DNA of 32,000 nucleotides. Origin: Paenibacillus sp. GSMTC-2017 (GTDB lineage: Bacteria; Bacillota; Bacilli; Paenibacillales; Paenibacillaceae). The stretch lies in the NCBI RefSeq assembly GCF_016019935.1, contig NZ_JAECMT010000003.1, positions 570,208 to 602,207 on the forward strand. Direction: 5' to 3'. A program made the position numbers and the translations under genes. A model generated the notes under the pieces. It did not search any database. It worked only from the letters and a program-made list of their open reading frames with translations, and had not been told where the DNA came from. Positions 18,319 to 27,004 of the stretch are shown one piece after another. Position 1 is the stretch's first letter, and each line of letters begins with the position of its first letter.

Positions 18319-19716
18319 ATGAGAAAATGGACATGGATGATTATATTGCTTGTGATGGCGGTTGCAACAACGGCTTGCTCTAGTGCGAATGATAAAAATG
18401 AAGTTGGCGGGGAAAACAAAGCGAGTGGATCAACCGGTGGGAAAACAGTCGTGACGATTGCAGTTGTTCAGAGGGACCCGGGAGGGTGGCTGGAGCAAGC
18501 CGAGGCGGCTTACGAAAGTAAGAATCCAGATGTGGATATCGTCATCAAGGAATATGTGGCGCTACCTGAACGTTCCACTGGTACGACTATAGACTTGACG
18601 GCAGGAGTTAGTCCGGCTGATCTGGAGAAATATCGGAACGCGATAAACACCGATCTCATGTCTGGGAAGGGAGCTGACATTGTCTCTGTCAGTGATCTGG
18701 ATTATGAGAAGTATAAGGACAAGGGTGTGTTTGCTGACCTTGGAGCCTTCATGGAGAAGGACCCAGAATTTGATCCCACAAATCTGTTTGGCAATGTCAT
18801 GGACGCGGCCAACGGAGGGGGCAAGAAGGTCATCGCACCGATCTGGTTTGGCGTTCACAATATGAGCAGCGCGCTTTCGCCGGAGCAGTTGGAGGTGGAT
18901 GGAGAGAGGTGGACGTGGGACGATCTACTACATAAGGGGGAGCAACTCGCCAAGGATCTGCCGGGCGATCTGGAAATTATGGGGGGAGTCGCGCCTACAA
19001 AGCTGGTTCGTATGATCGTGATGTCGGATTACGATAAATACATCAATCTGGAGGAGAAGAAGGTCAGCTTTGATACCGGGGAATTTGCTGGGCTCTTGAA
19101 TCAGTTGAAGGAATTGTATGGAACGGGATTGCTGTCCGATAACTATGTCAAGACCATGGAAAACAAGGTTATTTTTCGTGATGAGACGTTTACCCTTCCC
19201 ATGGTAGCACTGGAATCGCTAAAGTCCGGGCGGCAAATTTGGAATCAGCCTAGTAGCAACAAGCATGCGGGATTACGCTTCTCGTCCACTATGATGCTGG
19301 CGATCAACGCCAAATCCAAGGTAACAGCTGAAGCGTGGAAATTTCTGAGCTACTTGCTGTCGGAAGAGGCGCAGTCCAGTCCGGGGATGTTTTTATGGTT
19401 CCCGATGAATAAAGCTGCCACCGCTGGGAAGCTGAAGGGGAACGGAGCGGGAATGATGATGGCATCACCCGAAGGGGACATGTCCAGCGCCATGGGTGGA
19501 ACGAGTGACAACGCGCCAGCGCCGGCAGAAGTCACGGCACAAGACGTGGAACGATTGATGGCCTTCATCGGGCAAGCCGGGTATTTCCATGGCAGCGATC
19601 CAAGGTTGCTCGACATCGTGGAAACTGAAACGGCAGCATTTTTCACCGGAGAGAAAAGTGCGGAATCCGTCGCGAAGCTAATTCAGAATCGGGCCAAAAC
19701 CTATTTGAACGAGTAA
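18319..19716 (+). CDS. Extracellular solute-binding lipoprotein (family 1 SBP-like)
   Basis: The ORF is 465 aa. It has a signal peptide with the lipobox VATTAC-S and a GGGAGGAG RBS 8 nt upstream. A Met/Gly/Ala-rich insert (GNGAGMMMASPEGDMSSAMGGTSDNAPAPA) lies near the C-terminus. Confidence 0.8.
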   Translation: MRKWTWMIILLVMAVATTACSSANDKNEVGGENKASGSTGGKTVVTIAVVQRDPGGWLEQAEAAYESKNPDVDIVIKEYVALPERSTGTTIDLTAGVSPADLEKYRNAINTDLMSGKGADIVSVSDLDYEKYKDKGVFADLGAFMEKDPEFDPTNLFGNVMDAANGGGKKVIAPIWFGVHNMSSALSPEQLEVDGERWTWDDLLHKGEQLAKDLPGDLEIMGGVAPTKLVRMIVMSDYDKYINLEEKKVSFDTGEFAGLLNQLKELYGTGLLSDNYVKTMENKVIFRDETFTLPMVALESLKSGRQIWNQPSSNKHAGLRFSSTMMLAINAKSKVTAEAWKFLSYLLSEEAQSSPGMFLWFPMNKAATAGKLKGNGAGMMMASPEGDMSSAMGGTSDNAPAPAEVTAQDVERLMAFIGQAGYFHGSDPRLLDIVETETAAFFTGEKSAESVAKLIQNRAKTYLNE

Positions 19717-19757
19717 CGACATAGGCCAAAAGAGCGATTGCAATTATGTAGAAATTA

Positions 19758-19797
19758 GGGGTGCCTCAAAGTGTTTAAATCCACTTTGAGGCACCCC
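19758..19797. terminator. Bidirectional rho-independent terminator
   Basis: A perfect 16-bp stem (GGGGTGCCTCAAAGTG / CACTTTGAGGCACCCC) has an 8-nt loop. It sits between convergent genes, and an A/T-rich tail follows on the + strand. Confidence 0.8.
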
Positions 19798-19814
19798 ATT
19801 TATATTATTTGTAA

Positions 19815-20903
19815 CTAACCAATTACCGTCAAATGTTTCGGAAAAGAGGTTAGCACTTCTACACCATCAGATGTTACAAGTACGTCATCTTCGATGCGAA
19901 CGCCGCCAACAGATGGAACATAAATACCTGGCTCAATTGTGAATATCATCCCTTCGAGCAATCTCTCCTCGTTTCGTCCGTGAATAGATGGATATTCGTG
20001 AATGTCCATGCCGAGGCCGTGACCTAGTCGATGGTTAAAATAAGGACCATAGCCGGCTGCTTCGATCGATTCACGAGCTGCGCGATCAAGACTGCCAAAA
20101 GTAACATCTGGGCGAGTAGCTTCAATGGCTAGCAGATTAGCATTTAACACTGCTCCATAAATGTTTTTTATCTCATCAGACACTTCGCCAACTGCAAAAG
20201 TGCGTGTAATGTCTGAAGCATAACCATCCGCATATACACCAAGGTCGAATAAAAGAAGTTCGCCTTCTTTTACTTTGCGTTGATCTGGTTTACCATGTGG
20301 CAATGCAGATTTAGGACCAGATAACACCATCGTATCGAAAGAAGGACCTTGTGCACCTAGTTTCTTCATTTGATATTCAAGTTCAGCTACGATTTCAATT
20401 TCAGTTACGCCTGGTTTTACTTTAGCCACACCTGCACGAAGCACTTCTTCAACGATATGTACGGCATGTTTCATTCGTACGATTTCATCAGGTGTTTTAA
20501 TTACCCGCATCTCACGCAGTGGCAATCCGATGTCAACGAAATTGCTAGCACTAACAGCATCACAAATCGATTCGAAACGGCGTACGGTTAAATCTTCTTT
20601 CTCCACGCCAAGATTATTGATACCTGAAGGTAACAGTGTGCTTAAAATTTCAAATGCATTGTCCGTATCGCTGTGCGTATAAATTTTCGACACGGATGAT
20701 TCTGTTTGAGCTTCAGCAAAATCTAGCGCTGGAACTAGCAATATCGCTTCTTCTCCTTTAGGGAGTAAAAGTGCTAGCAATCTTTCGTGAGGATTGGTGG
20801 CAAAGCCAGTCAAATAATAGACATGTTTTGGTGAAGTGATCAACATTGCATCAATATAGTTAGCATCCATATAAGATTGAAGTTTGTTTATTCGAGAAGT
20901 CAT
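19815..20903 (-). CDS. M24-family Xaa-Pro dipeptidase/aminopeptidase
   Basis: Metal-ligand motifs are present: FDLGVYADGYASDITRT, HRLGHGLGMDIHEYP, FTIEPGIY and RIEDDVLVT. The track ORF begins at GTG 20915, but the AAAGGTGG RBS is spaced 8 nt from ATG 20903 (MTSRINKL). Confidence 0.9.
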   Translation of the reverse strand: MTSRINKLQSYMDANYIDAMLITSPKHVYYLTGFATNPHERLLALLLPKGEEAILLVPALDFAEAQTESSVSKIYTHSDTDNAFEILSTLLPSGINNLGVEKEDLTVRRFESICDAVSASNFVDIGLPLREMRVIKTPDEIVRMKHAVHIVEEVLRAGVAKVKPGVTEIEIVAELEYQMKKLGAQGPSFDTMVLSGPKSALPHGKPDQRKVKEGELLLFDLGVYADGYASDITRTFAVGEVSDEIKNIYGAVLNANLLAIEATRPDVTFGSLDRAARESIEAAGYGPYFNHRLGHGLGMDIHEYPSIHGRNEERLLEGMIFTIEPGIYVPSVGGVRIEDDVLVTSDGVEVLTSFPKHLTVIG

Positions 20904-21096
20904 CTCATTAACCACCTTTCAATCTTATTGTAAACAGTTAGTTAGTAAGTATCTAGTGCTTTTGGGGATATCCAACTTCAACCCTAGACTAAAGCCTAGG
21001 TTCAGATACCCGCTAAGACGGTTATGTCTGGAAAATAAGGCAGATATAATGAGCTTATAACTTAGAGCGTGACTAATGAAGTCAAAGGGGAAGTGT

Positions 21097-21771
21097 ATGA
21101 AAATGAATGCAAAAGAAGCGTCTGCAATAGTGTCAACAAGTAAAGGAAATCGGGTACTTTTTAATCCAAAAACCTATGCATCGATACTCTACTTATTGTT
21201 GTCTCTCCCACTAGGGATTATCTATTTTACAGTAGCGATAACGGGTCTTGCACTTTCAATCGGTTTGGCTCCAATTTTTATCGGAATACCGTTATTTTTT
21301 GGAGTTGCTATGTTGTTAAAAGAAATTGTGAGATTTGAACAAAGTTTGATCAGTCATTTTTTAGGTTTACCGACGACTACTCATGTTTCGTTTACTTACA
21401 ATCAACAGCCTGTAGAAGGGCAGAAGTGGTTTATGCGAATGGTAAGAGGTTTTAACGGTGGGCTATTCATTCGAAACCTGCTGCTCGTATTACTCAGATT
21501 TGTAACAGGCATTTTGTTTTTTGTCATTATGGTAACGGTGATTTCACTAGCATTAGGATTTCTTGCTCTTCCAGTCGTTCATATCATTTTGATGAATGAA
21601 ATACAGATTGATATTTTAGAAAATAACTTCTTTAGCTATATTCAATTAGATTGGACTTATAATGAGCAATATATGCTGTCCGTAGTTCTTGGCCTTTTAT
21701 TCTCTTGGATAGCGCTTCGCGTCGTAAATGGGTTGATGCAAATTCAACGTAGAATGTTGTTTGTAGATTAG
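21097..21771 (+). CDS. Polytopic membrane protein with duplicated putative-sensor (PF13796-like) segments
   Basis: Hydrophobic hairpins (YLLLSLPLGIIYFTVAITGLALSIGLAPIFIGIPLFF, then LLLVLLRFVTGILFFVIMVTVISLALGFLALPV) resemble the N-terminal sensor module of some histidine kinases, but no kinase domain follows. The start was chosen at MKMNAKE after AAGGGG. The track start is 21076. Confidence 0.55.
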   Translation: MKMNAKEASAIVSTSKGNRVLFNPKTYASILYLLLSLPLGIIYFTVAITGLALSIGLAPIFIGIPLFFGVAMLLKEIVRFEQSLISHFLGLPTTTHVSFTYNQQPVEGQKWFMRMVRGFNGGLFIRNLLLVLLRFVTGILFFVIMVTVISLALGFLALPVVHIILMNEIQIDILENNFFSYIQLDWTYNEQYMLSVVLGLLFSWIALRVVNGLMQIQRRMLFVD

Positions 21772-21800
21772 CCCACTAAAGGGATGGGTGAATCCAGCCA

Positions 21801-21829
21801 AAAGAGAGCTTTTCTAGCTCTCTTTTTTT
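21801..21829. terminator. Rho-independent terminator (usable in both directions)
   Basis: The stem AGAGAGCT-tttct-AGCTCTCT is followed by T6 on the + strand. An A-run upstream gives a T-run on the - strand. Confidence 0.75.
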
Positions 21830-21886
21830 GATGTTAGGAAATAAGATCATGGCATGTGTTAACTCAGATCACTTAAACAAAAAATA

Positions 21887-22966
21887 CTAATGAGAGATAA
21901 GAACCCCATATTGTTTAAAAAAGGTGATTATATCATGTTTATTCATCTGCTTATCCGGTAGGTCCTCAGGATAATAAATGCCTGGAGCTAATTGCTCGCC
22001 CTCAGGTGTTCGTAGTATCTTTTCTGCTTGGACGGCGGCTCCCAAGGCAGTAAGATGAGTCTGACCGAGTGGATCAGAAATCCCAACCCTCCGTTCAATC
22101 AAACTCCCTTCGTGATCACGACCCATGAGGTGAATGAGCACATGATGTGTACTTCCAGTCCCCGGATTGTAGAGAAGTTTTCGTCTAAACGAACGGAATC
22201 GATCACCGCTAATCATTTTCCATATTCCACTCCTAACCAGTCCGACAAGTGCGGAGGTAGATGCTTTACTGTCGAAGGAGATACGGAAACTAGCTGATTC
22301 GATATTGCCTGCTTTTAGCAACGTAACGTGATCGGGGGTATCAAGCCTGTAGCTTCTTGTTGCATAGCCGTTTGGAAACTTCACGTGAGCGGGCTCGCTC
22401 ATAGGAAATACAAGGCGACGTCCTTTTTGCTCAGTAATATAAAATGGAATAGTCATGCGATCCATGTACGCTGCGGAATCGGGTCCTGCTTTGTCCTTTA
22501 ATGAGTACAGCGCATGGATATTGACTGAAACATTCTTTAGGGAGTCTGAAAATAACGAAGCAAACAGTGAAGCAGTTCCCGCCATCCATCCGGAAGATAA
22601 CACGACAGGCGCATGAATTTCCGTAGCATTTAATTTGGCGATAGATTGTTGGAATAGCTCTGTCCAACGTGTAACGTCGATAAATGGAATTTTTCTTCTG
22701 ACCGCAGACAGAAGAAGTCGATCGTGAAGATCGTTGACAGAGTTAATAACTAGAGACACGTTTCCACTTATGTATTGAAGAGGATCTTCTGCATTATTAT
22801 CTACAACACCTGTTTGAATTCGATCAGATGCGAAGGGTTCTGCTTTCTCTGGTGATCTACCTCCCAGAACAATATTCAGGTCGGGGTGTCTTTCGAGTAA
22901 TAGTTGAGCAATTTGTTTACCCACTGCGCCGTATCCGCCAACAATAAGCACCGTTTTTTTATTCAT
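21887..22966 (-). CDS. Saccharopine-dehydrogenase-like NAD(P)-binding protein
   Basis: The ORF is 359 aa. It has the N-terminal Rossmann motif VLIVGGYGAVGKQIAQ, and its length and layout are typical of the family. A GGAGG RBS is present. Confidence 0.7.
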   Translation of the reverse strand: MNKKTVLIVGGYGAVGKQIAQLLLERHPDLNIVLGGRSPEKAEPFASDRIQTGVVDNNAEDPLQYISGNVSLVINSVNDLHDRLLLSAVRRKIPFIDVTRWTELFQQSIAKLNATEIHAPVVLSSGWMAGTASLFASLFSDSLKNVSVNIHALYSLKDKAGPDSAAYMDRMTIPFYITEQKGRRLVFPMSEPAHVKFPNGYATRSYRLDTPDHVTLLKAGNIESASFRISFDSKASTSALVGLVRSGIWKMISGDRFRSFRRKLLYNPGTGSTHHVLIHLMGRDHEGSLIERRVGISDPLGQTHLTALGAAVQAEKILRTPEGEQLAPGIYYPEDLPDKQMNKHDIITFFKQYGVLISH

Positions 22967-23062
22967 TTTAATAACCTCCGTTTTTATATGTTTATTGGTT
23001 TAAACTCTTCGACATAATGGTGTTTAAAATAGGAATGTCATCGTACTAGCCTGATTACTGGA

Positions 23063-23383
23063 CTAGTACTGGCATTCCTCTTCTACCAAATGGACAAGCT
23101 GTTTCATAAGTGAGATCGCTTCGTTAAACTCTAGAGAGTAATACATCTCTGTTCCCTTTTTTTGAACTGTGAGTAAACCTGCTTGCCTTAAAATTTTTAA
23201 GTGATGCGAGACAGTAGGACGCGACATCGGGATATGATCTGAGATTTGAGTTACATTCATACTCTCTTTGTCGATGAGCAGCGAAATGATCTGTTGACGA
23301 ACCGGATCACCCAAGCCTTGAAAATAGGGGCTGAGATTCTCGAAAACATGAATGACCTTCTGATTGCCGATATACTCGTTCAT
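23063..23383 (-). CDS. ArsR/SmtB-family transcriptional regulator
   Basis: The ORF is 106 aa with the winged-HTH signature LGDPVRQQIISLL...MNVTQISDHIPMSRPTVSHHLKILRQAGLL. Confidence 0.85.
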   Translation of the reverse strand: MNEYIGNQKVIHVFENLSPYFQGLGDPVRQQIISLLIDKESMNVTQISDHIPMSRPTVSHHLKILRQAGLLTVQKKGTEMYYSLEFNEAISLMKQLVHLVEEECQY

Positions 23384-23394
23384 AGTTCACTCCG

Positions 23395-23426
23395 TTATAA
23401 TGTTTAATTGTTTAAACGGATTATAA
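23395..23426. promoter_or_regulatory. Inverted repeat overlapping the putative arsR-family promoter (candidate operator)
   Basis: TTATAAT (23395-23401) and ATTATAA (23420-23426) are exact reverse complements. They flank the palindrome GTTTAAAC. On the minus strand the right arm reads as a TATAAT -10. Confidence 0.25.
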
Positions 23427-23471
23427 TACATTTCACAGTATAACACAATTCATTGTTAGTATTTTGACTGT

Positions 23472-23509
23472 GGGTGGGGAGGACTTAGAACTGAAATCCT
23501 CCCTAACCC
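23472..23509 (-). terminator. Hairpin downstream of the SLH-protein gene
   Basis: On the minus strand, GGGTTAGGGAGGA-13 nt-TCCTCCCCACCC forms an imperfect stem. The T-tract is poor. Confidence 0.35.
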
Positions 23510-23519
23510 TTTAATTCCT

Positions 23520-25829
23520 TTAATTATATTCCTGCACTCTGAGCAACAGGACAACTGCTTCCGCACGAGTCATTGAAGCATTCGGTGCGAAAAGATTGTT
23601 ACTCCGTCCGTTTAAGATACCTGCTTCTTTGAGTGCTTTCACTGCGCCTTTTGCCATTTGTGGAATGTTAGCATCATCCTTATAACCGGTAGCTGTAACT
23701 CCGTTCGCATTCAGTTTAAGTGCTTTAGCAATCATCATAGCCATTTCTGCACGGCTGATTGTTTTATTCGGCTTAAAGCTGCCATCTTGATAACCACTGA
23801 TGATGCCTTCTTTTACAGCTATAGAGATAGCCGTTTGCGACCAAGCAGGGATAGTATCTCGATCCTTGAATGTGAGTGTCGTACCATTACTTTTCGGCTG
23901 CAAAACACTTATTAGCATAACTGTGAATTCTGCTCGCGTGACGGTGTTGTTCGGCTTGAAAGTACCGTCGGGATAGCCGTTAACAAGTTTGTTTATCACA
24001 GCTTGCTTGATTTGTTGCTCTGCCCAATGTCCGGCAATATCGGTAGGTAGTTTTGGTTGTTCTGGTTTTTCTGGTTGAATTGGCGGTATCGGTTTTTCGG
24101 GTTGTTTTGGTTGTTCAGGTAGTTCTGGTTTTTTCTGTTGCTGAATGGTTATGGTGTATTTTTTCTGTGCACCATTTTCCGCATATACGAACACTTTTAA
24201 TATATTTTTACCCTCTGCCAAAACAGTGTTCACTCCGTCCATCACTATTTGTTCGTTTAGCGTAAATATGACCGAAGCTTTTTCATGCTCAGTATTAGCT
24301 TTGACTTTAAGATGCTTTGCTTTAGTTTCAGTTTCTAAGGTATAGCTCTCAATTCCCACATTAAATTTCGGGGTAAGCGGGATCAATGTACCATCTAAGA
24401 GTAATTCCAATGACTTTAGATTAAAATTGCTGGATAAGTCCGGACCTGTTGAAAGTGAAAGTACTTTAACAATTCGAATGACGGTGTCAGCAGCATTACC
24501 AGCATTATCGGTAACATTATAACGAATCGTATATGCTCCTATTTTATTCGTATCGACCGTATCTCCAGAGATGATAATTCGATCACTTATATCTCCATCA
24601 TATAAATCGGAGGAGATAGCTCCTGCATCCGTATATGTCTGTCCTTGGCGAATTTCGATAGCGGCTGCACCTTTCAAAGCAATAACTGGTTTCTCTCGAT
24701 CGATGTTCTCAATTTTCAATTGCTCAACCGTTTCGTTGCCGACTTTATCTTTTGCATAAACGCTGATCCAACCGTTATCGCTTAGAACAATATTCGTTTT
24801 TCCATCTACGACTACAGGGATTGTTCCTGCGTTTGCAAAGTAGTTACTGTCATGTTGCCCCAAGTCGTACTTCACTACATCAATTCCGCTCTCATATTCA
24901 TATACACTCGCCGTAACGGTAACATTTCCACGAGTAGAGTGTTCAGGATTTTTGTGAAATTTGATAGTTGGAGCCGTTCCATCCAGTTTGAATGGATTAG
25001 AAGGTGTAATTTTTGTATAACCGCTTCCATCTTGAATTCGCACATGTAAATACCAAATTTTCGATGATGTAGGTGCTGTGATCGTTTCATTGCCAGAAGA
25101 CGCTGTCCATCCGACATTGCTGTCAAGCTCTATTTCATTGTTAGACCATTTGTAATCTATCTTGTCTGTTGCGCTACCAGGATTGGTAATAGAAAGTGTG
25201 ACATCTCGTCCAGGGGATGAAACCCACGTCGAACCATATCCATTGGGTGATATTTTAACTGCAACTATGTCATCAATATTGCTAAATTTAATAAGAGGAT
25301 TAGTGCTGGCAAAATCAGCTGCTGTTGAACCGAGGTAACCATATATCTTTTTAAGTGGTGAAGCATCAAAGGCATTAACATTAATAATTGTTGTTTTACC
25401 TTCAAAAATCACGTTGCTTAATGGGTTGTTTTTAAAAGCTGAACTTCCTAATTCAGTTACACTACTCGGGATAATTATATTCGTTAATTGGTTGTCTAAA
25501 AAAGCCATACTCTCAATGCTAGTTACACTATTCGGAATTACTGCACTCGTTAATTTTCTTTGTTTAAAAGCACTATTTCCTATTTTAGTTACACTATACT
25601 TTTCGCCGGAAACTACAACTACACTAGGTATTTTTACATCTGTATTGCCACCGTTGTAATCTGTGATTGTAGCCGTTTTCGAAACTTGGTCTACGCTGTA
25701 CACAAAATCGTCTACAGCACTAGCATTGGCAATCTTCCTCCCTGCAAATGTCCACGTGCTCGTCATAAACACTGCGATAAGCATCATTACTACCAGTACT
25801 TTTTTCATATTAGCGCGAAACAACCTCAT
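23520..25829 (-). CDS. Secreted multidomain surface protein: BspA-type LRRs, Ig-like/DUF5011-like and cadherin-like beta-sandwich domains, Pro-rich linker, three SLH domains
   Basis: The signal peptide is MRLFRANMKKVLVVMMLIAVFMTSTWTFAGRKIANASA. LRR repeats follow (IPSSVT.IG.SAFK...). An Ig-like segment reads PVIALKGAAAIEIRQGQTYTDAGA...YTIRYNVTDNAGN. Three C-terminal SLH repeats are present (DIAGHWAEQQIKQAV..., FKDRDTIPAWSQTAISIAV..., YKDDANIPQMAKGAVKAL...). The start is uncertain: 25829, 25838 or 25808. The track ORF extends to 25871. Confidence 0.85.
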   Translation of the reverse strand: MRLFRANMKKVLVVMMLIAVFMTSTWTFAGRKIANASAVDDFVYSVDQVSKTATITDYNGGNTDVKIPSVVVVSGEKYSVTKIGNSAFKQRKLTSAVIPNSVTSIESMAFLDNQLTNIIIPSSVTELGSSAFKNNPLSNVIFEGKTTIINVNAFDASPLKKIYGYLGSTAADFASTNPLIKFSNIDDIVAVKISPNGYGSTWVSSPGRDVTLSITNPGSATDKIDYKWSNNEIELDSNVGWTASSGNETITAPTSSKIWYLHVRIQDGSGYTKITPSNPFKLDGTAPTIKFHKNPEHSTRGNVTVTASVYEYESGIDVVKYDLGQHDSNYFANAGTIPVVVDGKTNIVLSDNGWISVYAKDKVGNETVEQLKIENIDREKPVIALKGAAAIEIRQGQTYTDAGAISSDLYDGDISDRIIISGDTVDTNKIGAYTIRYNVTDNAGNAADTVIRIVKVLSLSTGPDLSSNFNLKSLELLLDGTLIPLTPKFNVGIESYTLETETKAKHLKVKANTEHEKASVIFTLNEQIVMDGVNTVLAEGKNILKVFVYAENGAQKKYTITIQQQKKPELPEQPKQPEKPIPPIQPEKPEQPKLPTDIAGHWAEQQIKQAVINKLVNGYPDGTFKPNNTVTRAEFTVMLISVLQPKSNGTTLTFKDRDTIPAWSQTAISIAVKEGIISGYQDGSFKPNKTISRAEMAMMIAKALKLNANGVTATGYKDDANIPQMAKGAVKALKEAGILNGRSNNLFAPNASMTRAEAVVLLLRVQEYN
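24046..24140 (-). repeat. Degenerate tandem coding repeat (Pro/Glu/Lys/Gln linker)
   Basis: Reiterated GGTT(G/T)TTCTGGTTTTTC-like units encode KKPELPEQPKQPEKPIPPIQPEKPEQPKLP. Confidence 0.5.
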
Positions 25830-26250
25830 GGTTCTCATCACTTCCTTTATTAGAATTGTACTGCTAACCAAATGTTCATTATCGTTAGGGTTGGTAAAGA
25901 TTCAATAAGAACAGCTACAGTGATTTGGAATTCATAACAATCCATAGAAAAAGTTAAACATTACAATTGAAAATATATTTTTTGTATGTATTCTCCTCCT
26001 TTGTGGTCTATAAGGGAATTTTGGGAAGGTGTCCGATAACATGTATAATTACCCATAACTTTTAAAAATGAATCAATAACGTTTAAATCCTATCAAGTCA
26101 CATGCGAGGCGTGATATAATGAAGTCTGATATGTGAATCGGATACACCAACATAAGATAAACGTTCTAAATTATGGAAAAGTTGCTGTTATCACGTATGA
26201 AGTTTGAATAAGATGTCTATTCTATGCTTTAAAATTAAAAATGGAATGAG

Positions 26251-26706
26251 TTGGGCTACTTGGAAAACCTTGAAGAACAAAACGAATTGACGTTAGATTA
26301 TGATCAACTAAAAATATTAGCAAACCGTACTTCCAACTGGAGAGAACGGTTAGCAGCTGTTGAAGAATTAGGTAAACTTGAAGATAATCAACAAGTTGTT
26401 GATGTATTGACGCATAGAATGAACAATGATTCTGTGTTTACGATTCAAGAAGCAGCTTACCGTGCCCTTAGAAAATTGGGTGAAGACGTTCAAATGCCAG
26501 CTAAGAAAAAAGGCGATCCATTTAAAGGATCGAATAAAATTTTGCTAAGAATTAAAAAAAGCTTACCGAAAGATCACTCCTTAGAGGAGTTCGGCGAGAA
26601 GTTTAAAAAGATGAGAATCGATATGTATGACACTTACGAAGGCCAAAAAGGTGACGAATTCGCTAAATGGCTTGAAGATACGTGGAATGCATTGACGATT
26701 AGATAG
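26251..26706 (+). CDS. Small HEAT-repeat-like protein
   Basis: The ORF is 151 aa with a TTG start. The segment WRERLAAVEELGKLEDNQQVVDVLTHRMNNDSVFTIQEAAYRALRKLGE resembles PBS-lyase-type HEAT repeats. The RBS is weak. Confidence 0.45.
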   Translation: MGYLENLEEQNELTLDYDQLKILANRTSNWRERLAAVEELGKLEDNQQVVDVLTHRMNNDSVFTIQEAAYRALRKLGEDVQMPAKKKGDPFKGSNKILLRIKKSLPKDHSLEEFGEKFKKMRIDMYDTYEGQKGDEFAKWLEDTWNALTIR

Positions 26707-26750
26707 TTCTATTTTTACACTTAGAAGTAACAAATAATGCAATAAATAGA

Positions 26751-26785
26751 AGGTTGCCGAATGGTTGTATCGGTAACCTTTTTTT
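26751..26785 (+). terminator. Rho-independent terminator
   Basis: AGGTTGCCGA-9 nt-TCGGTAACCT (one G-T pair) is followed by T6. Confidence 0.75.
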
Positions 26786-27004
26786 GTGTTTTCTAAATGA
26801 CTTTAGGGTGAAAAGTGGGGGGATTCCCGAGATCATAAATAGGAAGATAGGTATTCCTGCGCTGGTGTTGATTATCAAACCCTGCCTCTGATTCAACTTG
26901 AATGTTGAAATTTCAATCTTATGTCCTATTAACCGTCTGGAAAAATTACCCGATAAATTGATGAACTCCTTAAGAGGGGAATATTGTCACGAGGAAGGAT
27001 GAGA

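Noticed and set aside
23658-25908. Many + strand ORFs of 60-97 aa antisense to the SLH surface-protein gene, and the minus-strand alternate-frame ORF 24875-25126.
   Set aside because: No RBS and hydrophobic or low-complexity translations. The minus-strand frame encodes a continuous, motif-rich 770-aa protein.
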